Shown: positions 25,825-37,130 of the stretch, piece after piece
Layout of the letters: each line of letters starts with the position of its first letter
How positions within the stretch are numbered: the first letter of the stretch is position 1
NCBI RefSeq assembly: GCF_009834535.1
Contig: NC_045697.1
Location: 29,824,001 to 29,888,000, forward strand
Reading direction: 5' to 3'
Length of the DNA: 64,000 bases
DNA from: Camelus ferus
Taxonomy: Eukaryota
Position numbers and translations under genes: made by a program
The notes under the pieces: generated by a model
The model's input: only the letters and a program-made list of their open reading frames with translations
What the model was told of the DNA's origin: nothing
Databases searched by the model: none

Positions 25825-26959
25825 TTCGTCTAAATTTCTATTTGTGTTTTTATGTATGTAGTAGGTTAGTTACTTTCTCAACCTTGGAAAAGTGGCTCTC
25901 TGTAAGAGATGTCCTATGCGTTCCAGCAGTGCACTCCCCTCTTGTCACCCAAGGCCAGGGGCCAGCTGGTCCTGGCATAGGGTCTGGCCTTATTCTGCAG
26001 CCTGGAGGATTCTATTTTTCTTGCTTCTAGTGTCTAGTGTCTGGTGGATGAGTCTCGTCTAGAGGCTTGTGAAGGCTTCCTGGTATGAGGGGCTGGTGCC
26101 TGCCTACTGGTGGGTGGAACTGGGTCTTGGCCTTCTGGTAGGCAGGGCCATGTCTATAGGTGGCTGTGGGCTCAGGAAGTCTTTAGGCAGCCTGTCTGCT
26201 GATGGGTGGGGATGTGCCTCCACCCAGTTTGTTGTTTGGCCTGAGGCAAACAGGCATTGGATCCTACAGGTGGGATTGGATGGGGCCAGATTTTGGTGCT
26301 AATGACCCAAGCAAGATGTCAGCCTCCAAGAGAGTTCTTGCAGATTACTGCTCCCTGATATGTCTGCCACCAATATCTGTGTTCCCAGGGTGAGCCACAG
26401 CTACTCCCACCTCCCCTTGAGTCCCTCCAAGACCAGCAGGTAGATCTGGCCCAGGCTTCTATGAAATTACTGCTTTTGCCTTTGGTCCCAGTGAGCATGA
26501 GATTTTGTGTTCATCCTCTAAGAATGAAGTCTCTGTTCCCCTCAATCCCGTGGAGCTCCTTCAGTTAAGCCCCACTGGCCTTCAAAGCGAAATACTCTGG
26601 GGGCTTCTCTTCCTAGTATTGGACCCCTGGGCTGGGGAACCTGATGTGAGACTCAGAACCCTCACTCCTGTGGGAGAACCTCTGCAATATAATTATTCTC
26701 CAATTTGTGGGTCGCCCACGTGGGAGGGGTATAGGATTTGATTATATTGCGAGTCCACCCCTCCTATCCATCTTGTTGTGTTTCCTTCTTTATGTCTTTA
26801 GTTATGCAAGATCTTTTCTGATAGGTTCCAGTCTTTTAGGTTGCTGTTGTTCTGCAATTGATGGTTGATGGTTGTTATGCAGTTAGTTGTGATTTTGGTG
26901 TGTTGGTAAGAGGACGTGAACTCTGGCTCCTTCTACTCTGCCATCTTGGCCCTTCAGCC

Positions 26960-27185
26960 TATCTTTATAATATGATTGCTCACTTCCTTCCCAAGTGAGT
27001 GATTCACAGGGGCAAGGAGGAAGCCATGGTCCTATTATGATCTGGTCTCAGACTTCCTAGTCTTCCATAGCTTCCACATTCTATTCCTTGGTAAAGAGTC
27101 ACCAAGTATAACCCATACTCAAAAGACTTCACCTTTTGAGGGGAGGAGCATCAAAGAATTTTTGGACATATTTTTAAACCACTGT
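26960..27185 (-). mobile_element. MaLR LTR (MLT1F/G-like), right piece
   Basis: ccaagtgagtgattcac..gcaaggaggaagccatg..caccttttgaggggaggagcatcaaagaatttttggacatatttttaaaccac continues the consensus of the 20098-20410 piece. Confidence 0.72.
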
Positions 27186-27618
27186 AAGTGGCTATAGAAT
27201 CAACATGTACTTTTAACTCTAATTGATCATGTATCATGCTTTACATATAAGAGATTCAGTATTAGATATTTTGACGTAATAATTTGTCCTAATCCAGTCT
27301 ATTTGGATAAATGGTGAGTTTGTGATGCTCTCTCTAGATGTATTTTCCAAAACAGATGTGGTCTTTTAAATTGTAAAATTATAAGCAACAACAATACAGG
27401 AATAAAAGAGCCTCTGAACCCAGAATCACTTGATGCATATAATCACTGATCATATGAACTGTTTATTCCTAAACCCACGTTGCTCAAAATTTTGCTTGAT
27501 TCTGAAGCTTTTTGTTCAAACAAAATCCTACAGAGATTTGGGACTTTCTCAAATTTTATTTTTTAAAGTAAGCATGCAATCATAATTACTGCCTCCCTGT
27601 TAGTGGACAGCTTGTGCT

Positions 27619-27760
27619 CAGCAGTTCTCAGCTCTGACTGCACATTAGAATCACTTGGGAGCTTTTGATTTAAAATGATCTGGATCAGGGCCTGGGCACT
27701 GTTATTTCATAAAAGTTTCCCCCAAGTGATTCCAATGTGCAGCCAGGGTGGAGAACCCAG
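27619..27760. mobile_element. MER5-type hAT-Charlie MITE
   Basis: cagttctcagctctgactgcacattagaatcacttggg ... cccaagtgattccaatgtgcagccagggtggagaacc form inverted arms. Confidence 0.8.
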
Positions 27761-28500
27761 CAGATGACAAAACAAGTGAGAATAAGTTGCACAGGGAAAT
27801 ATTGGCAAATGTAAGATTTAAAACGTATTTTCGTGATTATTTCTGTGGGTGTGTGTGAAGGGATGTGCATCCGGGGAATATAGTTACAGTTTCTGCCAAC
27901 AACATTGTTCTTAATTCATGTGATGGAAGAAAATATCAGTGTTTCATGGTGAACTCCAAAGAAGAGTATGAAATTCCAGACACCTGAGCAAATTTGACAA
28001 CAGTTTTTTTAGGAGAATCTTCCTATTTTCTGGATCAAATCACAGATATCCCAGGGTATAAGCTCATATCATAGTCACTGTCCTTTGTGTGAATACATGC
28101 ATTTATTAAATAAAAAGTTCTTGAACACCTGCATTGTTTCAGGTACTGCCAGGCACTGAATGCCCAAGGAAGGGTAAGACATAGATTCTTTTTTCAAGTG
28201 AGTGACTCTTCACCTCAGTGTGGGAGATAAGCAGGAATACAAATAAGAGTAAGCAAAGGTAAAAAAAAATTTAAGAACTGTTATTAAAACAGAACCACAC
28301 CAACCAGTCAGAACAGCCCAGTTACAGTGGCGCCAGCCACAGACGGTCAGTTCAGTGCATACTGGCTGCCTTGAGTGTAGGTAACACAAAGTGGAATATT
28401 TTATATACCAGAAGAAGAATATAAACAAGAGGTAGCAGAGGGAAGAGAAAACTTCTGTAATTCCAAGTTCATATTTCCCCCATAGAGAGAAAAGAATGAG

Positions 28501-29219
28501 TGTGGTTGATCGCACCCATTCTTTATCCTGTCCTATACGCATCCTTTGCCAAGTGAATGCAGTTCTTTTTACTAAGGAAGTGGAGTCTTGTTTCCCTACC
28601 CTGTTGATCAAGGAAGGCCTTTGGACTTGCTTTGGTAAATAGAATATGGCAGAAATGACGATGTACCAGCTCCAAGCTCAGGCTGTAAAATGCCTTGAGT
28701 AACTCTACTTGTTCTTGCTCATTTGCATCCCTGTGACAAGATGCCCAAGATAGCCTGCAGGAGGATGAGAGAACATGGACAGAGCCAGGTCGTCCCATTA
28801 TCCCAGACAAGCCCATCTTAAGTCAGCTTACAGCCAGCCAGCTATAGCAGGGCTCCTTGACAGTGGCACATTTGGAGTTGGATTATTGGAGTTGGATAAT
28901 TCTTTGTTGTGGGAGGATATCGATTTTAGGATGTTTAGCATCATCACTGGCCTCTACCTACTAGATGCCAGTAGCTCCCACCTCCCTCCAGCTGTGGCAA
29001 CCAGAAGAGTCTCCAGACATGCCAAGTATCCCCTAAGAGAGAAAACTACCCCTGATTGAGAACCATTGCCCTGGACTTACGAATGTATCCATCCAAGACC
29101 AGCAGAAGTACCTGCCTGCTGACTCCAGATGCATGAGCAATAAATGCTTATTGTTGTTTGCCACTGAAGTTTGTGCTTGGTGGTTACATAGCATTATTGT
29201 GGACTAGGTAGCTAACACA
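28501..29219 (+). mobile_element. MaLR solo LTR (MLT1G/H-like) with nested MER20
   Basis: TG...CA ends; gacttgctttggtaaatagaatatggcagaaatgacg; 3' part gcaataaatgcttattgttgtttgccactgaagtttg..gctaacaca. Confidence 0.75.
28848..29068 (+). mobile_element. MER20 hAT-Charlie DNA transposon
   Basis: ggataattctttgttgtggg..aggatgtttagcatcatcactggcctctacctactagatgccagtagc..gtctccagacatgcca..ttgagaaccattg. Confidence 0.85.
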
Positions 29220-29929
29220 GTGAGTGAAAACATGGAAACATGAAAATGGGAGGTAGAACTGCACAGTAGAGAGCAGTCCAGTGTGGTGAAACATGACAGA
29301 TGGGTTTGTAGGTAGAATGGAGGTTAGTATGAGGTACAGATAAGACTGAAAAACTAGGTTGGGGCTGTATCCATGGAACTTTAGATGCCTTGGTATGAAC
29401 TGTAGACATGATTATTCATGGGCTGGGGACAGCTGTCAGAGGTTTTATGTATGTATTTATCATTTATTTATAGCAGCGGGAACAGTATTATCAGTCTGTA
29501 CTTTAGGCAACAATAGGAAGAGGAAATTCCAGGCCAGAGGGAGGATTTTGCAGTAGTTCAATTGATTGGTGCAGAAGGCCTGAATTAGGGAATAATCGCA
29601 GGTTTGAAAAAGAGAGGTTGGTTGCCAGAGCCATTTGGGTGTAAAACTGATACAATTAGGGAATCTGTACACTGCTGCCTTTGCACATTTGGTTCCCTGA
29701 ATGTGAAATATCCCCTTTCCTCTGGGGATTCTCTACTCAATCTTCAGTAGAGATAGCACTCAAGATAAGTCTTTTTGGTGGCGTCTTCCATGTCTCATGA
29801 AGATAGAGCTTATATAGGTCTTACCACTGTTTTTTCCCTCCAATAGAACTGTGTTAATCTTTTTACTATTGAATTTCCCATCTTTTAACTAATCAGTTGT
29901 AAGTCTTTCTCATAAATATTATCAACTGT

Positions 29930-30457
29930 TAATTTCCTTTTTAAGCATCTACTCTGTGTTTGGCTTGGTGGTAGGTGCTTGGGGGACAGTGAATTAGAGA
30001 GGTATGTGTTTTCTTGAAGCTTATGGTCTTCCTAGGGCAGTTACACAGGTAAACAGGCAATCACCATACATGCTGGGATAAGGGAAGCAAGGAAGGGCAT
30101 AGAAGCCTAGGAGGGACACTGGATCTGGAACAGAGTGTTCCAACGAAGGCCTCTCAGAGGAAGGAAATGGCAAAGAGGTAGGGTTTGGTAAAGGAGGAGT
30201 TGAAGCCAGGAGACCTTGGGGTTTATGGCCCCAATTAAGAGGAGACACAGCATATTTGAGAAACAGAAGAAAACTCAGCAAAGCTTAATCATGAAGGACC
30301 TTGTGAATTATGATCAGAGCTGTGCTGGGAAAAATTACACTAATTGATTTTTTAAATCCTGGCTGCACACCAGAACCACCTCATGGAGCTTTTAATAATA
30401 CAGATACCTGAGTCTCACTCCAAACCTACTGAATCACCACAACCAGAGTGTGTGGCT

Positions 30458-30495
<38 letters not shown>

Positions 30496-31390
30496 TGTAT
30501 GTGTATATGTATGTATTTAAGGCTCCAGAGGTGATGCTGGTGAGTTTCCAGACTTGAGAACTGTGGGCATCCAGTGGAGAAAAAGGACTGGAGGGAAGGG
30601 CAAGTTTGGATCAGGGAGAGCAGGGAGCCAGGTGGGTGGGTGATGATGGGTTGAATGGGCTTGAAGAAACCATGTGTAGAGTATGAGATATTTAGAAGTT
30701 AGAATCAATAGAACTTAAGATTGATTGGTTGTGGGGGATGGAGGAGTGTGGCTCAAGGGAGATTCCCAGGTTGCTGGAGTGGTCATGGAGACGTAGGTAG
30801 TGTGTTTCACTCCTTTAGGGAACGTCGGAGGAACAGGTTTCATGAAAAAGATAAGGCTTTTATTTTTAGTTGAGTTTGAGATGCTTACTGGAACCTCCGC
30901 ATAGAATTGTCTAGTAGATAATTGGTTATAAGAGTCTGGAATTCAGGGGCAACATCTAGTCTGGAGTGAAAAGAACTGTAAATCATGACTATACACCTGG
31001 CAATGGAGCCTATGGGAGTGGGTGAAATTGACCAGGGAGTATGCGAGAAGGAAAAAGGGAACTGGGAAGAACTATATAACATTCAAGAGATGAATAGAAG
31101 ATGAACGTACTGAAAAACCAAGATAGAGAAGTCAGAAATGCTGGTGGACAACTAAGAGAGTGGAGTCTTGGAAGCTAATGAAAGACAAGTTTTCAAGAAG
31201 GAAGGGGTGAACACAACTGTCAAATTAATTTTCAAATGCTGCCAAGAAGGCAGACAATGGACTGAAGAGTGACCACTGGCTTTGGCTACTGAAGGCTGTT
31301 GGAGTCTTGGCTGGAGCCGATTCAGTGGAGTGGTGGGGTAGAAGCCAGACTGCGGTGGGGGTGAGTTGTGAGTGGGAGGTGGGAAAGTGT
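29930..31390 (-). mobile_element. L2 LINE remnants, with a MER5-like element and (TG)n inserted at about 30350-30565
   Basis: ttaagcatctactctgtgtttggc..; gttgagtttgagatgc..; gtgaccactggctttggc..cagtggagtggtggggtagaagccagactgcggtggg. Insert: cctggctgcacaccagaaccacc..(TG)n..ttgagaac. Confidence 0.65.
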
Positions 31391-33164
31391 GGACAGTGAA
31401 AGATTCTTCACATTAGGTCTGCTTTCTTGGTTATTACAGAATCGTCTGCACTCAGATGTTAAATAGGTGAAAGTTTGGGTAATGGAGGAAGGGGCTAAGG
31501 TGATAAAATATTTTTAGCCTGGCTGATTGGTCACATAGTAATGGCATTTGTTGAGATTTGCAGCAAAGCAGGAAGAACAGCCTGAGTTTGTTTTTGTGTT
31601 TTAGATGTGCAAGGGAGAAGGTCCTAGGTGGAATTTTGGACACGTTGAGTTTCATGCTCTTTTTTTCTGATCATTCTATAAGTAGAATATTGTCTTCAAA
31701 ATCCATTTTAAATACAACCCGCAATAACTTGCAGATGACCCAAACTAAGGTTTGCCCTTAACTTTATAAGCTTGGGAATGTAACAGAACTTACATAAAAA
31801 AAGAATAAGAAATCTAGGAATTTAAGGCAAAAGGAATGAAAAAATATATTTCTGGGTATAAGTGAACTGATGGACAAGGGGACACATCCTCTTTGGGTGA
31901 GCAGGTGGGACTACTTCTATTATGGTATTTTCAAATTGAAAATTTGATTTTTCGTGTTTCTTAACTTCTTCGTCTTTTGAAGTCGGGAAAATTCAGTTGT
32001 ATTCTGGATCGGTGGATAATTGTGACCTGGCTCTGTTCCACTTGGGCAAGATTTGTTTCCTTAATGAAGGCACTTCCTTCATCTGTTAGTGATAAGCAAG
32101 CAAGTGAAGAATTCTTATCTGCATATATGGATTGAACATCTGTTTCTATTCTACTGTTTCAGTATAGACATCTTTTTTAGGAAATTAATGCAAATAAGTA
32201 AGCTCCCTGTTACGTAAAGCCATTTTAGATTGAGAGTATCTATTACCTGAGTAACTTGTATGGATTAAATTGATAAGTCAGATTTTTTTCCTGATATTTT
32301 GAATGATGCAGAAACCATTGTCATGGGTTCTCTAAGTGCTGCAACAAATTTTTAGAAGATGTAATTTTGTGGGTGATGACTACCAAGCTTATCTGCGGGT
32401 GTTCACATTTGTCAGAATGCTGTGACACATTTTACTCTGCCTATAAACAATGTTCCAGAAAAGAGAGCAAAAAAAAAAAAAAATCACCATGGAAACTCAG
32501 TAGAATGCTCTTATTTGTTTTTCTGAAAGGAAAATTCTAAAACTAGATAATGAGATATGAAAGAGCAATGCAGATTGTGCAGCTGGCTTCCAGGAAGTGA
32601 GCTCAAAAAAGAATGGATTTGGTGCCCTGTGTGGGTCATGTTATTTATGATCTCATTTCCCTTTTCTCATGGAGAAAGGCTCTAAAGAGGCCCAGCAGAT
32701 AGCCTGATGAATTTTTCTTTGTAGTGCAACCTTTTTGGAGACACCTGCAGGTATCAGGGCCAAGAATGAATGGAGAGCTGTAGGAGTTGGCAGAGGAAGG
32801 CCCTTAAGATGCCTTTAGACATCATCTTGACGCCTGGAATAGTGTTACTAGGGTGATTTGATTAGAATGATTTTGAGAAGAGGGAGATCAATATCAAAAA
32901 AGATATAATACATAGTCAATGAATTGATGCATTGCTCAGTAAGAACTAAAAATTGGAATCAAGTCCAGCACGAGTTTTGTGGGGGGACTGGTAGGCAAGC
33001 TAGTTGTCCACATGACATCTAGTTGTAGCACCAAATTGGTCATGTAGAACTCAGTGTCTGACTTCCAAAGGCCACTACAGGAGGGCTTCTGTGACCCTCC
33101 TTGGAGAAGCACCATCTTATAGGGACATTAGTACATGTATTTGTCGGGGAGGGCTGAAGCACTC

Positions 33165-33385
33165 AGGCAGACAGCCTGACTGACCAGGCTGGAATTCAGC
33201 TACACCATTAGCAGCTGGGAGAGCTTGGGAAGGTTACTTAATCTCTCCAAACTTCAGTTTCCTTATCTATGAAGTGGTTATGATAATAGCACGTATCTCT
33301 TAGGGCTGTTTTGAAGAAGGAGTTAATATATAAAAGACATTCATAGAAATGTCTGAAACATAGAAAGCACCAATTATTAGCTGTG
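33165..33385 (+). mobile_element. MIR SINE
   Basis: agcttgggaaggttacttaatctctccaaacttcagtttccttatctatgaagtgg..tagggctgttttgaag. Confidence 0.75.
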
Positions 33386-33619
33386 ATTACTCAAGAATCT
33401 ATGAGCAATGCTTTTTTGGCTGTGACTTTTTCTGAATTGCATATGTTTACAAAATGACCAGCCAAGCAATTTCTGTTGTTATTCTTTAGCAATTACTTTT
33501 GATGAGTTAAAATGGGATAAATATAAATGGAGAGGGGAGATATTGAAACTCAGTTTTCAATCATGTGGACTCATGTAGAACACTGGGAGATAACTGACAG
33601 ATATCTCCAATACTGGAAG

Positions 33620-34135
33620 AATTGAAAACATAGGTTCACACAAAAGCTTGTGAGTGAATGTTCATAGCAGCACTGTTCATAATAGCCAATAAGTAGGAAG
33701 CAGCCCCAGTATCTGAACAGGAGAGTGGATAAACGAAAGGTGGTTTATGTATACAATGGAGTACTATGCTGCTTAGAAATAAAGAGGAACTACTGCTATA
33801 ACCTACAACATGGATGAACCCCCAAAACATTATGCTAAGTGGAAGAAACCAGATGCAAAAGACAATGTATTGTATGATTGCATTTATATGACTGTCCTGA
33901 AAAGGCGGATTTACAGAGATAGAAATCAGATCAGTGATTGTCTGGGGCTGAAGATGAGAGTGGGGATGAACTGCGAGTGGGCATGGAGATTTTTGAGATG
34001 ACGAAAATGTCCTAAAACTGGATTGTAGTGAAGGTTGCACAACTCTATAAATTTACTAAAAATTATTGAATTGGATTCTACAGTGGGTGAATTTTATAAT
34101 AGGTAACTCATGTATCCATAAAGCTGTTAAAAAAT
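33620..34135 (+). mobile_element. Old L1 3' end (L1MB/L1ME-like)
   Basis: gaatgttcatagcagcactgttcataatagcc..acaacatggatgaacccccaaaacattatgctaagtg..ctaaaactggattgtagtgaaggttgcacaactc..ataaagctgttaaaaaa. Confidence 0.85.
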
Positions 34136-34189
34136 GCACAGTATTTGATTATCAGTACTTGAAAAAGGAAACCGATAAGACATCTGCGC

Positions 34190-34340
34190 CAGAATTTCCT
34201 AACCTGTCTGCTCATCAGAATCACTTGGGAAATTAAAAAAAAAAGGAGTCCAAGTCTGCTCACAGCCTTGGGGGGCCCTGCTTTCAGTGATCTTCCTGAG
34301 TGGCTGTCATGGCCAGCTGGATTGGTAACCACTGCTCTGT
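34190..34340. mobile_element. MER5-like hAT-Charlie fragment
   Basis: tttcctaacctgtctgctcatcagaatcacttggg ... ttggtaaccactgctct. Confidence 0.5.
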
Positions 34341-34978
34341 GGCTCTAGATCCTGAACTGTTATAGAAAGCACAAGGACATGCATGGTCAGTAGTTGCTGA
34401 TTGCACCTTCCCTTCCAGTCTATGTTAAATAGATGTCAAATCCCCCACCTCCCCCAGCTCCCCATGATTTGCCTTGAAGCCTTTCTTCTTGTACTTAAAG
34501 CTAGACTTGGTGCTTCTTTGTATTCACCATAAGGAGTTGACTCACCTCAGGAGCGTCAGCACCATGGATTTTTTTTTTTTTTTTTTTACTGGAAAGATGA
34601 AAAGAAGCATTAGCCACAGAGCAAACAACATTCCTCCTCCCCCTAAATCCTGGATGCCCTCTTTCTGTGACCCTTCTGCCAATGTACTGCCACTACTTTC
34701 CAAAGCTTGGGTGACCCTGTGAATTCTTGCTGCACTTGCTTTTCTCAGCGAGGGAAGGCTCCTCAGGCTGGGCAGCCTCTCTGCCTCCCTGGAATTCTGA
34801 GGAATATCGTTTTCTTCATTTTGTGGACTAGTTATTGCTTGTTTGTATTAGGTCTGCATTTGTGTCCTGCTTCGTGCGACTCAGGTCATCAGATAGCTCC
34901 AGAGGGAATGATGTGGGCGGGGGCTGGCCATGTCGTGGTGTGCGATGTTGCTGTGCTGTCTGGGCTTGGGAGTCTGAC

Positions 34979-35125
34979 TAGTGTTGCCAGATTTGGCAAA
35001 TAAAAATACAAGGCACCCAGTTAGATTTGAGTTTCGAGTCAATAACAGAATTTTTAGTATCAATATGTCCCTTTATCTGAAATTTGAATCTAACTTTGTA
35101 TCCTGTATTTTATTGGGCATCCCTA
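34979..35125. mobile_element. MER53 palindromic hAT MITE, internally deleted
   Basis: tagtgttgccagatttggcaaataaaaatacaaggcacccagttagatttga ... tttatctgaaatttgaatctaac..tcctgtattttattgggcatcccta. Confidence 0.8.
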
Positions 35126-35944
35126 AAATTTCCATCAAACTTGCCCTCACTTTTGGCTTCTCCACTTGACTAGTTAGGAATTCAGCAGGTGACTTAGCAT
35201 CTCTGAACCTTGGTTTCTTTATCTGAAAATTCGGGTAAATGTTACCTGTCAGTATCGGCTTCCGTCCTTCTCACTGGACTCTGAGCTCGTGAGGGGAAGT
35301 GGTTAGCCTTATGTGCTGAGTTGAGAACTTCTGGTGACATTTGATTGTCTGGAATTTAATCAAATGGCCATACCTAGCTCTCAGGGTGGCTTGAATATGC
35401 TCTTTATCCTAGATAACTATGTGCCTAAGGTACAAATAGAGGATACTATTATATGGGAAGAATTTGGGGACAGTTAGTAAATCTTGACCACACATTTTGT
35501 TTTCTCTCTGCAATACTGTTAAATAATTGCTATTGATGAAACACAGTTAATAAAACAAATGGTATTACCTAGCTGCAACAATCAAGAAATTGTTTGGATC
35601 ATTGCCAAGGATATAGCAAGGAGGATTATTCTTGGATTCAACTCATTTGCTGTTTTATCCTGCCATGTTGGGGAAATATTTTAATCCTTCAGTGCTCTAC
35701 TTTTCCATTTGTGTGGTCATATTCTGCCAGAAAAAGGGGGGGGTCTATATTGATCGGGTCCACAGATATAATCATATTACATGGCTGAGTATTGATCCTG
35801 TGTTTGTGAGGTCACTTACAATTTATATACCTCATCTTCTTCTGGTGACTTAGTTCAAGTAGAAGTGTGTTTTGCAGGCATTAGTTTCTAAAGTCAGCAC
35901 ATAAAGCAAATATTATTTGTAGTTAAAAGTACTCGTGAGTGTTG

Positions 35945-36049
35945 TCTGACATAGTGACTCACTTCTAACCAATAGGGTATGGAAAGGGGAAAACAGTAGC
36001 TTTACAGTGGAGGAAACTGACAGCACCACCTTTTAACCAAATATCCAAG

Positions 36050-36097
<48 letters not shown>

Positions 36098-36535
36098 TTA
36101 AAAAAGCCTCATGTGCCCCCTGATACGATGCAGCGAGAAGGATGCTTCATCCCTGTGTTATTCTTCTCCACAACCCGAACCCCAGATTAGTCTGAGAAAG
36201 CAGCAGACACACCCAAACTGAGAGACATTCTACAAAATACTTGACCAAGTACCTTTCAAAAGTATCAAGATCATGAAAGTCAAGGGAAGACGAAGAAGCT
36301 GTCACTGGTTGGAGGAGACTAAGGCATCTTGATGACTAAACACAGTAAGGACATTAGTGGAAAAACCAGAGAAATCTGAATAAACTCTGTAGTTTGGTTA
36401 GCAGTATTGTACCAATGTTAATTTCTTACTTTGAAGAAATGTGCATGGTTAGATAAGATGTTTACGTTAGGGGAAGCTGGGTGAAGGGCACATGGGAGCT
36501 CTCCTGGCAACTCTTCTTAAATCTAAAGTTATTTT
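35945..36535 (+). mobile_element. Old L1 3' UTR (L1MC4/L1MD-like)
   Basis: agtgactcacttctaacc..acccaaactgagagacattctacaaaatac..ggacattagtggaaaaac..gtattgtaccaatgttaatttctt..ttaggggaagctgggtgaaggg. Confidence 0.78.
36052..36096. repeat. (TAA)15 perfect microsatellite
   Basis: Counted directly from the sequence. Confidence 0.95.
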
Positions 36536-36674
36536 TTTTAATGTTCTTTTAGAAAAGTACTTCTTAACTTCTCTTGAGAATGTGCTGTGTTGTGAATGAG
36601 AACCATGTGCTACCTTGAAAGAAGATTAGCATGTCTGTTTTCCTGCCAGGGTTAGAGCAGATTGCTGCCTTATC

Positions 36675-37130
36675 AATAGATATTTAACATGGGTTTTTCT
36701 GGTACTAGATGCACAGCAGTGAACAGTAAAAAAAAACAAAAAAACAAACCCAAAAAAACAAAAAAAAAGAAGAAAGAAAAACAAACCCCAAAAACCTCTC
36801 TGCCCTGATGGAGCTTACACTCTAGTGGAGAAGATAACAAATAATACAAAATGGATAGTATATTATATTGTATTAAGAGATGTTGAGAAAATAAAACAGA
36901 GAAGGAAGAAATAAAGTTCTGGAGGGTTGACGAACATTTAGCTTGAAGAAGCAAAGAAGACCTCACTGAGAAGGTGACTTTAATGTAAAGATATGAAGGA
37001 AGTGAGGAAATGAGCCATGTGGATTGTGTAGTTATTTTGGGGAGAAAGTCTCCTCGACAGAGGAAATAGCATGTGCAAGGGGCCTAAGATATCCCATGCT
37101 TACTGATATATTTGAAGAACAGCATGGGAT
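36675..37130 (-). mobile_element. L2 LINE 3' fragment with A-rich insert
   Basis: ctctgccctgatggagcttacactctagtgg..gacctcactgagaaggtgac..gaaggaagtgaggaaatgagccatgtgga. Confidence 0.72.

Larger units (their letters stand above)
20507..26955 (-). mobile_element. Near-full-length (~6.4 kb) inactive LINE-1, antisense to LIMCH1
   Basis: 5' end GGCCAAGATGGCAGAGTAG (YY1-type motif, 26940-26948), ~1.1 kb 5' UTR, ORF1 and ORF2 (endonuclease, RT, C-terminal) remnants in correct order, and a 3' UTR ending ..CTATACTTCAATT near 20515. Many stops and frameshifts. Confidence 0.96.

Noticed and set aside
20507..26955. Possibly active L1 or novel reverse-transcriptase system
   Set aside because: Standard L1 layout with many stops and frameshifts and a mutated RT catalytic motif.
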